DNA of 64,000 nt from a bacterium (GTDB taxonomy: Bacteria > Vulcanimicrobiota > Xenobia > Xenobiales > Xenobiaceae): positions 10,210 through 74,209 of the forward strand of contig JAFTAM010000096.1 in NCBI GenBank assembly GCA_017458675.1, in the 5' to 3' direction. A program made the translations under genes and the position numbers. Of this stretch, positions 10,129 to 19,425 are shown piece after piece (the stretch's first letter is position 1; the number at the start of each line of letters is the position of its first letter). The notes beneath the pieces were generated by a model that saw only the letters and a list, made by a program, of their open reading frames with translations, had not been told where the DNA came from and made no database searches.

Positions 10129-11532
10129 ATGTTGATTCCAGATAAGCGCACGGCAGATGAAGTTTCAGTAAAGGGAAGAGGCTCGGAGACCTTTTTTTGG
10201 AAGACCCTTGCCGCAGTTTCAGCGGCCTCTGCGCTGGTCGCCGCCGGGCTGGCCTGGTCTATGTGCCGGGATGTGACGCCCTTGGCGGCTATGGCCCGCT
10301 ATGAAAATGAGCCGAAGCTGAACTTAGGGACTGCCGCAGAGGACAATTTTAAAAAAATTACTTTGCTTCAGATTATCGACGGCATGAATCTGCTGAACGG
10401 AAATCCCGAGATAATGCTCAGCGCCGATCAGTCCAGGCAGATCGCGGCGACTCTGCCCTTGGTGAATCAGATAATTGACGACGGCATGGCCGGCGACAAT
10501 ACTGTATTAAAGGACGGCTCGGATAAATATCTGGACAATGTTCCTTTTATGGTTAAAAACAGTCTGTGGAATACTCTCAATGACAGGCAGCGCCTGGAAA
10601 TTGTCAGGCTGCTGGAGGCGGGAAGGCTTAACAGCACCGCTCAGGAGGTTTTAGGCATTCTGCCGGATTTTTACAAGAGAATTTGTCTGGATGTGGGCTT
10701 AACCGACGAATTCAGCGAAAACGGACTCTCGCCTATGCGCAAGCGTCTGGATAAGCTGCGTGTGATCCATTGGATTATCGGCATCATTCTTTTGGGCAAG
10801 GAAGGCAGGTATGCGGTTACGGCCGACCAGGCCAGAGTTTTAAAGCCTATGATCGCTCCTTTGATGCTGGAAGTAAACAAGGCTCCGGGAGTTCGTCCTT
10901 CGACCTATTTCCCTATTTTGGAATCTCAGGTCTGCAGCGTGCTCACTGACGAACAGCAGACGTATATTCTGCAGCTTCTGTGGAACAACGCAATTTTTGA
11001 TAAGATTTTCAGTCCGGTATTTGTTTTCAACCAGTTTGACAGCTTTTTAAACAGCCTGGTTTACGGATCCTATTACGAGGTCCCCACCGTCGACAAGCTG
11101 CTGCAGGGCGAAGACACCGACGAGGACGACATCGTGACGGTATTGTTCCCGGTGGCGATCATCGATACCAGTCTGTACCAGATGCTGTGCGGCATTATGT
11201 TTGTTCTGGAAAATGACGACGAACTGAGGTTTACCGACGAACAGGTGAACGATTTAATTTTAATCCGCGATGAGATTGAGGAATGCTTCCGTGAGGATCA
11301 CGGCCGCGACCGCAACTTGTATATAAGAAAGGTCGAAGCTAAGGTTCTGAGCTTCCTCAACGACGCACAGGTACAGAAGATCAAGGACGTTTTGTCTGTT
11401 ACTTATGTTCCGGAAAAGCTGGCCCGAAATGAATTTGAAAAATTTTTGTCGGCCAGGATGGATCGCAGACGGTACGTTTACGAGGGCGAAAATGAAGAGG
11501 TTCTTAAACTTTGCAGCCACGGCAGGAAATAA
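10129..11532 (+). CDS. Membrane-anchored protein with repeated L-T/S-x-(D/E)-Q motifs (CpxP/Spy LTXXQ-like repeats)
   Basis: 467 aa with an N-terminal TM helix. Multiple motifs: LSADQSRQI, VTADQARVL, VLTDEQQTYI, RFTDEQVNDL. Confidence 0.6.
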   Translation: MLIPDKRTADEVSVKGRGSETFFWKTLAAVSAASALVAAGLAWSMCRDVTPLAAMARYENEPKLNLGTAAEDNFKKITLLQIIDGMNLLNGNPEIMLSADQSRQIAATLPLVNQIIDDGMAGDNTVLKDGSDKYLDNVPFMVKNSLWNTLNDRQRLEIVRLLEAGRLNSTAQEVLGILPDFYKRICLDVGLTDEFSENGLSPMRKRLDKLRVIHWIIGIILLGKEGRYAVTADQARVLKPMIAPLMLEVNKAPGVRPSTYFPILESQVCSVLTDEQQTYILQLLWNNAIFDKIFSPVFVFNQFDSFLNSLVYGSYYEVPTVDKLLQGEDTDEDDIVTVLFPVAIIDTSLYQMLCGIMFVLENDDELRFTDEQVNDLILIRDEIEECFREDHGRDRNLYIRKVEAKVLSFLNDAQVQKIKDVLSVTYVPEKLARNEFEKFLSARMDRRRYVYEGENEEVLKLCSHGRK

Positions 11533-11570
11533 GGCTCGGGGTTATTGACGGCAGAATCTGAGGTGGATTT

Positions 11571-12974
11571 ATGAGCGGCGACAGCAGGACAGAATTGAAT
11601 AAAAACGGAGACGACGTCAAATCCGGAGTCTCCTGCGGCAAGCCGGCCGAGGCCTTGACTTCGGCTGAAGCGGAGGTTTCAGAGGCTGCGGCCGACGCAG
11701 ACGGAAAAGGCGAGGCCGCCGATACGGTTAAAGCGTCGGCGGAGCTTCCTGCCGAAGCCGAACCATCCGAGCCGCCGGCGGATGCGGACGAAGAAGCCGG
11801 CAATGAGGAAAAAGTCAAAGCGGAAAACGCGGCGGAGGCTGCCGGCGGCGCTGAAAAAAGCGGCCGAACGGATGTCGGAGGCGAACCTGCTGCGAATTTG
11901 CCGACAGAGTCCGACGCTCAGACGAAAAAGGAAAAGTTTTGGAATAAGAGCAACATCGCCGGCCTGATTTTTATTCTGGCTCTGATAGGCTTTAATTTGA
12001 TAATATACAGCGGCGCTTTCAACAGCAGCGGAGATTCGCCGGAAAATATACCGGCGGCGAACGGAGAAGCCGGCCCTCCCGGCCCTATGAATCAGGGACC
12101 GCCGCCTCTTTCCGACGGACTGCCTCACGATGACGACGGCAAGCCTCATCCTCCTGCCCCGCCTCCGCCTCCGGGGCAGAACGGAAAAGCCGATACAAAA
12201 TGGACGGACAGCTACATTAAACCTAAAAATGGCAATAACAGAGGCTTTCTGTCCGGGCCGAGCGTTCTTAAATGCATCATATATCTGGCTAATACGGATA
12301 ACCGCAGCTTAACTCTGACGCAGGATCAGCGCCGCAGATGCCGGGAGGAATTAAAAGAACTGATTGCCGAGCGCACCGAATATAACAGGCTTGCCGCAGA
12401 GCTGGCTTCTTATTTTACTCCTCAGCAGCTTGACTGGTATAATAAGCACCGCGGCGATCCGGAGGTCCCCGAGGATAAGAAAAAGGGCGGAGCTTTCAAT
12501 TATTTAATAGACGCTTCTTTGGAAATTCTCAAGGACAGAGCGGGCAGGAACAAAGCGACAGATACCGTTTACAAACACAGTTTTATTGATACTATGCTCA
12601 ATGATATTGTGGCCTGCATTATTAAATGCGAAAAGGAAGAGGATTTGAAGCTTACGCCGGGGCAGGCGGCGGCCATGCTGCCTATTATGCCTCAGCTTGT
12701 TAAGCTGGAAAAGAAAATGGACGAGCGCGTGCGCTTCAAGCTCTGCATGGTATTCAGCGATGAGCAGGCCGAATGGCTGTCCAAACACATGAATGAAATC
12801 AATATCGACAACAATATGGTGATGCTTTTGTATGCCGATTTGACGGTGAGCAGAGACGGAAACGGAGAACAGGCCGCCCGGCCGTCCGAAGCTGCTGAAA
12901 ACAGCGGCGGACAGCCCTCTCGGGAAGGTACGGAAAAACCTGCGCCGGCGCCCGCCGAAAATAAGAAAAGATAG
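11571..12974 (+). CDS. Paralogous LTXXQ-like repeat protein with an Ala/Glu/Pro-rich N-terminus and an internal TM helix
   Basis: 467 aa. Motifs LTLTQDQRRR, FTPQQLDWY, KLTPGQAAAMLPIMPQL and VFSDEQAEWL align with those of the upstream gene. Contains a poly-Pro tract (PPAPPPPPG). Confidence 0.6.
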   Translation: MSGDSRTELNKNGDDVKSGVSCGKPAEALTSAEAEVSEAAADADGKGEAADTVKASAELPAEAEPSEPPADADEEAGNEEKVKAENAAEAAGGAEKSGRTDVGGEPAANLPTESDAQTKKEKFWNKSNIAGLIFILALIGFNLIIYSGAFNSSGDSPENIPAANGEAGPPGPMNQGPPPLSDGLPHDDDGKPHPPAPPPPPGQNGKADTKWTDSYIKPKNGNNRGFLSGPSVLKCIIYLANTDNRSLTLTQDQRRRCREELKELIAERTEYNRLAAELASYFTPQQLDWYNKHRGDPEVPEDKKKGGAFNYLIDASLEILKDRAGRNKATDTVYKHSFIDTMLNDIVACIIKCEKEEDLKLTPGQAAAMLPIMPQLVKLEKKMDERVRFKLCMVFSDEQAEWLSKHMNEINIDNNMVMLLYADLTVSRDGNGEQAARPSEAAENSGGQPSREGTEKPAPAPAENKKR

Positions 12975-12989
12975 AGAAGGCAGCGATTT

Positions 12990-13457
12990 ATGGATAAAAT
13001 AAATAAGGGAACCAAAAACTGCGGATATGCGGCGGAAGAGGCCGGGCAGATCAGGGCTTATGTCCCCGAGCTTGAGCCGGGCAGCGAAGAAATAACCATA
13101 ACCAAATTAGTCAACGGCCGGCTGGCAGCAGGAGGCTGTCTGCGGCCGGGAAGCCGTGAGAGCGTAGCCTACAGGCTGGCGGAAATAATGGTCAGCGCCA
13201 AAAATTTATATACCGAGGTTCTGCCCGGGTTTATAGAGGGCGCCGAAACCGGCGGTGAGGAAGCGGAGGAGTACGCATCTGAAAGCGAGCGCGTTTTCGA
13301 CGATTTAGCCGGAGTGCGCATGGCCTTTATTCACATGCGCGATCTGATCGCCGACTTTGAGGATGCTTTTATGGACGCCATCGACGATATGCATAGCGAT
13401 GATAATGAGGATGAGGACGGGGAGACCTTTGCCCCTGAGAATTTTTTTGAGGATTAG
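12990..13457 (+). CDS. Hypothetical acidic protein
   Basis: 155 aa ORF with a very acidic C-terminus, in codirectional tandem with its neighbours. Confidence 0.45.
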   Translation: MDKINKGTKNCGYAAEEAGQIRAYVPELEPGSEEITITKLVNGRLAAGGCLRPGSRESVAYRLAEIMVSAKNLYTEVLPGFIEGAETGGEEAEEYASESERVFDDLAGVRMAFIHMRDLIADFEDAFMDAIDDMHSDDNEDEDGETFAPENFFED

Positions 13458-13469
13458 TCTTTTCGATCT

Positions 13470-15440
13470 TTGCAGAGGCGTATGGGGAGGAGGGCGGCTG
13501 TGAATTGCATGCTTGATTTTTATGAATCGGAAGAACTGTTCCGCCCGCTCAACGAGCAATATGCTCTGAATAACGGCGAGGCTGACGACGCTGATATAAA
13601 AAAAATTATTTATGATATTTTAAAGCGATTTTACGGTTACAGATCCTTCAGAGGAATGCAGGAGGAGATTATTCTGCATCTTATTAAGGGCGGAGACGCA
13701 ACGGTTCTGATGCCTACCGGCGGCGGAAAATCGCTTTGCTATCAGATCCCTTCTATCGTGCGCCCGGGGATGGGACTGGTCATTTCTCCGCTGATAGCTC
13801 TGATGCAGGACCAGGTGACCTCATTGATAAGCGGCGGCATCAGGGCGGCCTTTTTGAATTCGTCGCTGACTCCGCAGGAAATTCGCCGGGTCTATGCTCA
13901 AATTTACGGGGGAAATCTGGATATATTATATATCTCGCCTGAGCGGGCCGTAATGGACGGCTTTATGGATAGGCTCAGGGAAATTAAAATATCTTTGATC
14001 GCCGTAGACGAGGCTCACTGCATTTCCCAATGGGGGCATGATTTCCGTCCCGAATATACGCAGCTTTCCTCTTTGCGCGAGGCCTTCAGGGACGCGCCCT
14101 GGATCGCTCTGACCGCCACCGCCGACGAGGTTACCCGCCGCGATATCGCAAAGCAGCTGCAGCTCGAGGAGGCGCGCTCCTTCATAACCAGCTTTGATCG
14201 TCCCAATATCTGCTATTACATAAAGCCGCAGAGTTCGTCCCCCCGAGAGATACGTCAGGATTTTCTGCGCTTTCTTAAAGAAAAGCATCAGGGCGACGCC
14301 GGGATTGTGTACTGCATGACCAGGCGGCAGGTGGAGGAGACGGCGGAATGGCTATGTGAAGAGGGATATGAGGCCCTGCCTTACCATGCCGGTCTTCCGG
14401 ACAGCGTGCGGGCGGACAACCAGAACCGCTTCCTGCAGGAAGAGGGTATTATTATGGCCGCCACCGTGGCGTTCGGTATGGGAATTGATAAGCCGAATGT
14501 CCGTTTTGTAGCTCATTTAAGCCTGCCCGGGAGCGTAGAAGCCTACTATCAGGAGACCGGCAGGGCCGGACGCGACGGACTGCCCGCCTCGGCCTGGATG
14601 GAATATAACTTGAGGGATATCGCGATCCGGCAGTCGTTTATTGAAAACTCCGAATCCGACGAGCTGCATAAAAATATAGATAGGCGCAAGCTCAAAGCGC
14701 TGCTGGGGTTCTGCGAATCGGCGGAATGCCGCCGTCATGCCCTGCTGGCCTATTTCGGCGAGGACAGCCCCAGAGACTGCGGCGGCTGCGACAACTGCCT
14801 GGAGCCTCCCGAATCCGTGGACGGTCTGATTCTGGCGCAGAAGGCGCTCTCCTGCGTTTTCCGCACCGGTCAGGTCTTCGGCGTAAATTACCTCATTGAC
14901 GTTTTGCTGGGAAAGAAAAACGAAAAGATTATCAATAACCGTCACGATAAGCTGACGACTTACGGTATAGGCACGGAGCTTTCCCCTCATCAGTGGCAGT
15001 CGGTCTTCCGCCAGCTGACGGCGGGAGGATTTCTGAAGGTTGAGCTGGGTGAAAAGTACAGCAGTCTGAGGCTCAATGAAAACAGCTGGGATATTTTAAA
15101 GGGCAGGACCTCTTTGAAGCTCAGGCTGGAAAAGAAGAAAAGCAAGGTCAGAACCGTCAAAGCCGAAGCCGGGCTCAAAACCGCCTCCGGGGAAAATCGC
15201 GGACAGTCTATCGTTTTGTTTGGACTTCTGCGCCAAAAGAGATTGGAATTGGCGCGCCGCGAGGGTATGCCGCCTTATGTGATACTGCATGACCGCTCGC
15301 TTCTGGAAATTTCCAAGCAGCTTCCGCAGAGCCTGGATGAACTCCAGAATGTTTACGGTTTCGGCGAACTGAGGATAAAAAAATACGGTCAGGAATTTCT
15401 GACCGTAGTCAAGGATTATCTTAAAGATAATCCTCAATAG
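13470..15440 (+). CDS. recQ: ATP-dependent DNA helicase RecQ (true start possibly 13509)
   Basis: [14 protein letters not shown], Walker A (TGGGKSLCY), DEAH box ([15 protein letters not shown]), Zn-binding Cys cluster ([19 protein letters not shown]) and a C-terminal HRDC domain. Confidence 0.92.
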   Translation: MQRRMGRRAAVNCMLDFYESEELFRPLNEQYALNNGEADDADIKKIIYDILKRFYGYRSFRGMQEEIILHLIKGGDATVLMPTGGGKSLCYQIPSIVRPGMGLVISPLIALMQDQVTSLISGGIRAAFLNSSLTPQEIRRVYAQIYGGNLDILYISPERAVMDGFMDRLREIKISLIAVDEAHCISQWGHDFRPEYTQLSSLREAFRDAPWIALTATADEVTRRDIAKQLQLEEARSFITSFDRPNICYYIKPQSSSPREIRQDFLRFLKEKHQGDAGIVYCMTRRQVEETAEWLCEEGYEALPYHAGLPDSVRADNQNRFLQEEGIIMAATVAFGMGIDKPNVRFVAHLSLPGSVEAYYQETGRAGRDGLPASAWMEYNLRDIAIRQSFIENSESDELHKNIDRRKLKALLGFCESAECRRHALLAYFGEDSPRDCGGCDNCLEPPESVDGLILAQKALSCVFRTGQVFGVNYLIDVLLGKKNEKIINNRHDKLTTYGIGTELSPHQWQSVFRQLTAGGFLKVELGEKYSSLRLNENSWDILKGRTSLKLRLEKKKSKVRTVKAEAGLKTASGENRGQSIVLFGLLRQKRLELARREGMPPYVILHDRSLLEISKQLPQSLDELQNVYGFGELRIKKYGQEFLTVVKDYLKDNPQ

Positions 15441-15451
15441 CGCGGCAGCCC

Positions 15452-16261
15452 TTAAGGCTGAGCTTCGCCTTCATGCTGATGTTCATGAGCCTCTGGCGCG
15501 GCCTCGGCTTTGCTTTCATGCTGATGTTCATGAGCTTCGGGCGCGGCTTCGCCTTCTTGCTGATGTTCATGAGCTTCGGGCTGAGCTTCGCCTTCATGCT
15601 GATGTTCATGAGCCTCTGACGCGGCTTCGCCTTCGCCGCTGTGCCGGGCATGTTCATGATGATGCTCCTGCTCGGCGTTTTTCAGCAGTTCGTCGCGGCG
15701 CTCCTTATTGCGTTTGCGCGGATCAAACATCTGTTCAGGGTGCTGTTTGTATTTTACGCAGCGGGCCCGGAAATTTTTGGCTATTGCGTTGTCCGGCTCG
15801 AGGATGAGCGCCTTGTCAATTTCTTCTATGGCGCCGTCGAAGTCTTTGCTGAAAAATAAGGATTCCGCCAGGATATAGTGGAGGTGGTAGGTGTCGGGAA
15901 TATTTTTGATGGCTTGGCGGTAGATCTCGATCTCTTTGTCGTATTCGCCTTCAAAGTAGGCGAAGGCGCCCAGCTCCAGGTAAGGGGTCAGCAGCTCGGG
16001 ATCCAGTTCCATGGCTTTGGCAAAGGACTGCTTGGCCGCGTCAATGCTGCCGGCTTCGATCATCTGATGGCCGAACTCGCACAGCTCAACGGCGTCGGCG
16101 ATCCTTTGCCGCTTTTCCAGGGCGGGAGGCAGAAGCCAGAGCATAACGGCTATGCCGACGACGGCCAGTACTGCTTCTATAATCTGAAGCTTCTTTTTTT
16201 TAGGGTCCTTGTAATAGGCGAGAAAAGGCATAAGGCGTTTTTCCTCAATAATTATTTGCAA
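15452..16261 (-). CDS. TPR-repeat protein with N-terminal TM helix and C-terminal His-rich tandem repeats (HEHQHEGEAxPEA)
   Basis: 269 aa. TPR-like helical repeats (AKQSFAKAMELDPELLTPYLELG, YRQAIKNIPDTYHLHYILAE). The C-terminal 60 aa are His/Glu-rich repeats. Confidence 0.7.
   Translation of the reverse strand: MQIIIEEKRLMPFLAYYKDPKKKKLQIIEAVLAVVGIAVMLWLLPPALEKRQRIADAVELCEFGHQMIEAGSIDAAKQSFAKAMELDPELLTPYLELGAFAYFEGEYDKEIEIYRQAIKNIPDTYHLHYILAESLFFSKDFDGAIEEIDKALILEPDNAIAKNFRARCVKYKQHPEQMFDPRKRNKERRDELLKNAEQEHHHEHARHSGEGEAASEAHEHQHEGEAQPEAHEHQQEGEAAPEAHEHQHESKAEAAPEAHEHQHEGEAQP
15461..15640. repeat. Imperfect 39-45 bp tandem repeats (4 copies) encoding the His-rich tail
   Basis: CATGCTGATGTTCATGAGC recurs at 15471, 15516, 15555 and 15594. 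Confidence 0.75.
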
Positions 16262-16273
16262 TTTAATGAAAAT

Positions 16274-16300
16274 GACCGATAGCTGCTGTCAGTATCGGCC
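16274..16300 (-). terminator. Hairpin downstream of lysS (possible terminator)
   Basis: GACCGATA-loop-TATCGGCC between the lysS stop and the TPR gene start. The adjacent run is only modestly A/T-rich. Confidence 0.3.
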
Positions 16301-16324
16301 ATAGGTGAATCTCCGGTTCAGAAA

Positions 16325-17875
16325 TTATTTATCGTCCTTGCCGCCTGCGGCTCCGATGGTTTTCATCAGCGGGAAGAGCAGGACGTCGCGGATGGAATTC
16401 TGCTCGGTTAAGAGCATGACCAGGCGGTCTATGCCCATGCCCATGCCGCCGGTGGGAGGCATGCCGTACATCAGAGCGTTGATAAAGTCTTCGTCTATGG
16501 GATGAGCTTCTTCGTCGATGTCCTTCTGGGCCTGCTGCTCCTCGAAGCGTCTGCGCTGATCGAAAGGATCGTTGAGCTCGCTGAAGGCGTTGCAGAGTTC
16601 GCTGCCGCAGACGTAAAGCTCGAAGCGTTCGGTCAGGGTGGGATCGGAAGCCTTGCGTTTGGCCAGGGGCGAAAGCTCGGTGGGATGGTCGGTTACGAAG
16701 GTGGGCTGAATCAGATGCTCTTCGCAGGCGGCCTCAAAAATTTTGTCGATGAGGTGGGCCAGCGTATGCTCCTGATTGCCCAGCTTGACGCCCAATTCCA
16801 GCGCCTTGGCCTTGGCCCGTCCCGGCTCGCGAAGCTCGGCCAGGGAAATATGAGCGTATTCCTGCAGCAGAGAGTCCATGGTGCGCCTGGGGTAGGGAGG
16901 ACGCAGATCGACTTCGTGGCCCATGAAAGTTACCTGATGCTTGTGGAGGACCTCATTGCAGCAGTGATCGATTAAGGCTTCGGTCAGATCCATCATGCCT
17001 TCATAGTCGGTCCAGGCCTCGTAAAGTTCGATGGTGGTAAACTCGGGGTTATGCCTGGTATCGATGCCTTCGTTGCGGAAGATGCGTCCGATCTCATAGA
17101 CCTTTTCCATGCCGCCCACGATACAGCGCTTTAAATGGAGCTCGGTAGCGATGCGCATGTACATGGTAGTGTTCAGGGCGTTGTGGAAGGTGACGAAGGG
17201 ACGGGCGGCCGCGCCTCCAGCTACCGTTGACATAGCGGGAGTTTCGACTTCCAGATAGCCGCGCTCGTCGAGATAGCTGCGGATAGCCGAAACGATGCGG
17301 CTGCGCTTGATAAAGACCTCGCGCACTTCTTTATTGGCGATTAAATCGGCGTAGCGCTGTCGGTAGCGGGTGTCGATGTCGCTGAGGCCGTGGAATTTTT
17401 CCGGCGGAGGAATCAGCCCCTTGGCGGCTATCGACCATGAGGTGACGCGCAGGGAGAGCTCGCCGCGCTTAGTGCGGAATACGGGTCCCTCGACGGTAAT
17501 CAGATCGCCGATGTCGGCTAAGGAAAGGCGTTTATAATCTTCCTCTCCCAAAACGTCCAGCTTGAAATAGAGCTGAATGCGATCGGAAAGATCGGTTAAA
17601 TCCAGGAACGAAGCTTTGCCGTGGCCGCGCCAGGCGGTGATGCGTCCGGCCAGGCTCACGCTTCCGGGAGCTTCTTCTTCGATCTGCAGGTTTTTATATT
17701 CTTCCTTTATGGCAGCGGCGTTCTTGGGACGGGTGAATTTGGTCATGAGATAAGGATCCAAACCCTGCTCCTGAAGAGCGTGCAGGTGCTGCAGTCTAAC
17801 GGCCTGCTGCTCGCTGAGGCTCAGCTCCGGAGCCGGCTGCCATTTTTGCTTTTTTTCCTTTTGCGGCTGATCCAT
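16325..17875 (-). CDS. lysS: Lysine--tRNA ligase (class II)
   Basis: 516 aa with the N-terminal anticodon-binding OB region and class-II motifs (FRNEGIDTRHNPEFTTIELY, GGMGMGIDRLVMLLT). Confidence 0.95.
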   Translation of the reverse strand: MDQPQKEKKQKWQPAPELSLSEQQAVRLQHLHALQEQGLDPYLMTKFTRPKNAAAIKEEYKNLQIEEEAPGSVSLAGRITAWRGHGKASFLDLTDLSDRIQLYFKLDVLGEEDYKRLSLADIGDLITVEGPVFRTKRGELSLRVTSWSIAAKGLIPPPEKFHGLSDIDTRYRQRYADLIANKEVREVFIKRSRIVSAIRSYLDERGYLEVETPAMSTVAGGAAARPFVTFHNALNTTMYMRIATELHLKRCIVGGMEKVYEIGRIFRNEGIDTRHNPEFTTIELYEAWTDYEGMMDLTEALIDHCCNEVLHKHQVTFMGHEVDLRPPYPRRTMDSLLQEYAHISLAELREPGRAKAKALELGVKLGNQEHTLAHLIDKIFEAACEEHLIQPTFVTDHPTELSPLAKRKASDPTLTERFELYVCGSELCNAFSELNDPFDQRRRFEEQQAQKDIDEEAHPIDEDFINALMYGMPPTGGMGMGIDRLVMLLTEQNSIRDVLLFPLMKTIGAAGGKDDK

Positions 17876-17925
17876 AATTGTTTTCCTTGTGTTAAAAATA
17901 AGTAGCCTAAAGGGTTGAATGAGAA

Positions 17926-18459
17926 TTATTTTGCACTGTCTTCCTGCTTTTTCTCTTCATCTTCCTTTGTCACTATTACAATGTCTTCGATTTTCCAGGA
18001 AATTAAGCCTGAAGGGGTACGGACGTCAACGATATCGCCTACGCCGTGGCCGATCAGGGCTTCTCCTAAAGGACATTCGTTGGAAATGCGGCCCTGCTGA
18101 GGATTGGCTTCTCTGGTACCGACTATCTCCATGGTGTATCTTTCCTCTTCGGCTTCGGGGTCGGTGTTGACGAAGGTTACGGCTGTGCCTACCGATACGG
18201 CGTCCGTGCTGAGATCTTCGATGGTGATGACCTTGCAGTTCTGCAGGGTATGCTCTATATCGCTGATTTGACCTTCGATGAGTCCCTGCTCGTTTTTGGC
18301 GCTCTCATATTCGGCGTTTTCGGAAATATCTCCGAATTCGCGGGCGACTCTGATGCGGTCGGCTATCTGACTGCGTCTGACGGTTTTTAAAAAGTTGAGT
18401 TTTTGTTCGAGATCCAACTTGCCCTGTTCGGTCAGGATGGTGGGTTTTTCGTTAGCCAT
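17926..18459 (-). CDS. greA: Transcription elongation factor GreA
   Basis: 177 aa. Coiled-coil N-terminus with the conserved acidic tip (FGDISENAEYESAK) and a C-terminal FKBP-like domain. Confidence 0.9.
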   Translation of the reverse strand: MANEKPTILTEQGKLDLEQKLNFLKTVRRSQIADRIRVAREFGDISENAEYESAKNEQGLIEGQISDIEHTLQNCKVITIEDLSTDAVSVGTAVTFVNTDPEAEEERYTMEIVGTREANPQQGRISNECPLGEALIGHGVGDIVDVRTPSGLISWKIEDIVIVTKEDEEKKQEDSAK

Positions 18460-18483
18460 TTTGTCCTCCGGCTGAAATACAGC

Positions 18484-19425
18484 TTAAAATTTTACAATAC
18501 GGGGCCTGAAATTCAAGCGCTTTATTAAATCCAGATAGTCTTGGGGAGTGACATCGTCCCATTTTTTGCCCAGCATGGAGATCATTACCGCTTCCATAAC
18601 GTTGGTTCCGAAGGAACGTCCGCTGAACTCCGGCGTAGTGGTTACCAGGCAGGAAACGCCGCGCTCTTTGAGTTCTTCAACGTTGGCTGAGGTGACGGTG
18701 TTGGTTATGATAATTTTGCCGTCCAGGCGCTCCGGCATGCGCCGGCGGATAAAGAGAAAATCGCCGGCAATTATCTCGGCGTCCCGATAGTATTTATCCG
18801 TCATGGGCGTCGGCTCAATGGAGTTCTGCTTGCTGCCGGTGGGATAGACCATGCTTATGGGCATTTTGCAGATATCGGGCAAGAGTTTGTCGGCTCTTTC
18901 GGCCAGCTCGTCCAGATTGGTGACGGGCTGATCGATATCCAGAGTAAAGATCATGTCGCCGTAAGTTACCTTGGCGCCGAACTTATCCAGGGATTCGGCC
19001 ATGCCGAAACGGTCCATGGCGCAGACCATCAGAACTTTTCTATCTTTGAAGTTTATGATGTTCTCTTCGGCCAGGATACGAATGGTTTCTCTTTCCAGAG
19101 TATTCTTCAAGCCGCTGCCGTCGACGACGGGAGTTTTTTTGACCAATTGGAGCAGCCGCAGACCGTCGCGCAGAGCGTAGCGCTTGTTTTTGCTGTAAAT
19201 GTAGACGTCCAGACCCCCCAGGCCTATGGCGTCGACTTTGCCGTCCAGTTCCTGGAGCATGGCCTTGGCTCTGCGGATATCTCCGTCGGTTCCGCGCCGG
19301 GAAATTTCAAATTTCTGCCCCAGCAGCTCGGCAGTAACCTTGTGATCGCGGGAAGCCGAACCGATGCTGACGCTGACGATATGCTTGATATTTTCTTGAG
19401 GCAAGTTTATGCTTTCAGTGCTCAT
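18484..19425 (-). CDS. Hypothetical protein (weak AroM/Asp-Glu-racemase-like resemblance); last gene of the AAR operon
   Basis: 313 aa. Its start overlaps the upstream gene stop (ATGA at 19422-19425). No confident family assignment. Confidence 0.5.
   Translation of the reverse strand: MSTESINLPQENIKHIVSVSIGSASRDHKVTAELLGQKFEISRRGTDGDIRRAKAMLQELDGKVDAIGLGGLDVYIYSKNKRYALRDGLRLLQLVKKTPVVDGSGLKNTLERETIRILAEENIINFKDRKVLMVCAMDRFGMAESLDKFGAKVTYGDMIFTLDIDQPVTNLDELAERADKLLPDICKMPISMVYPTGSKQNSIEPTPMTDKYYRDAEIIAGDFLFIRRRMPERLDGKIIITNTVTSANVEELKERGVSCLVTTTPEFSGRSFGTNVMEAVMISMLGKKWDDVTPQDYLDLIKRLNFRPRIVKF

Noticed and set aside
15421-15657. ORF encoding a repeated MNISMKAK peptide on the minus strand
   Set aside because: It is an out-of-frame reading of the same DNA repeats that encode the His-rich tail of the TPR protein. 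The TPR frame is contiguous with a real domain.
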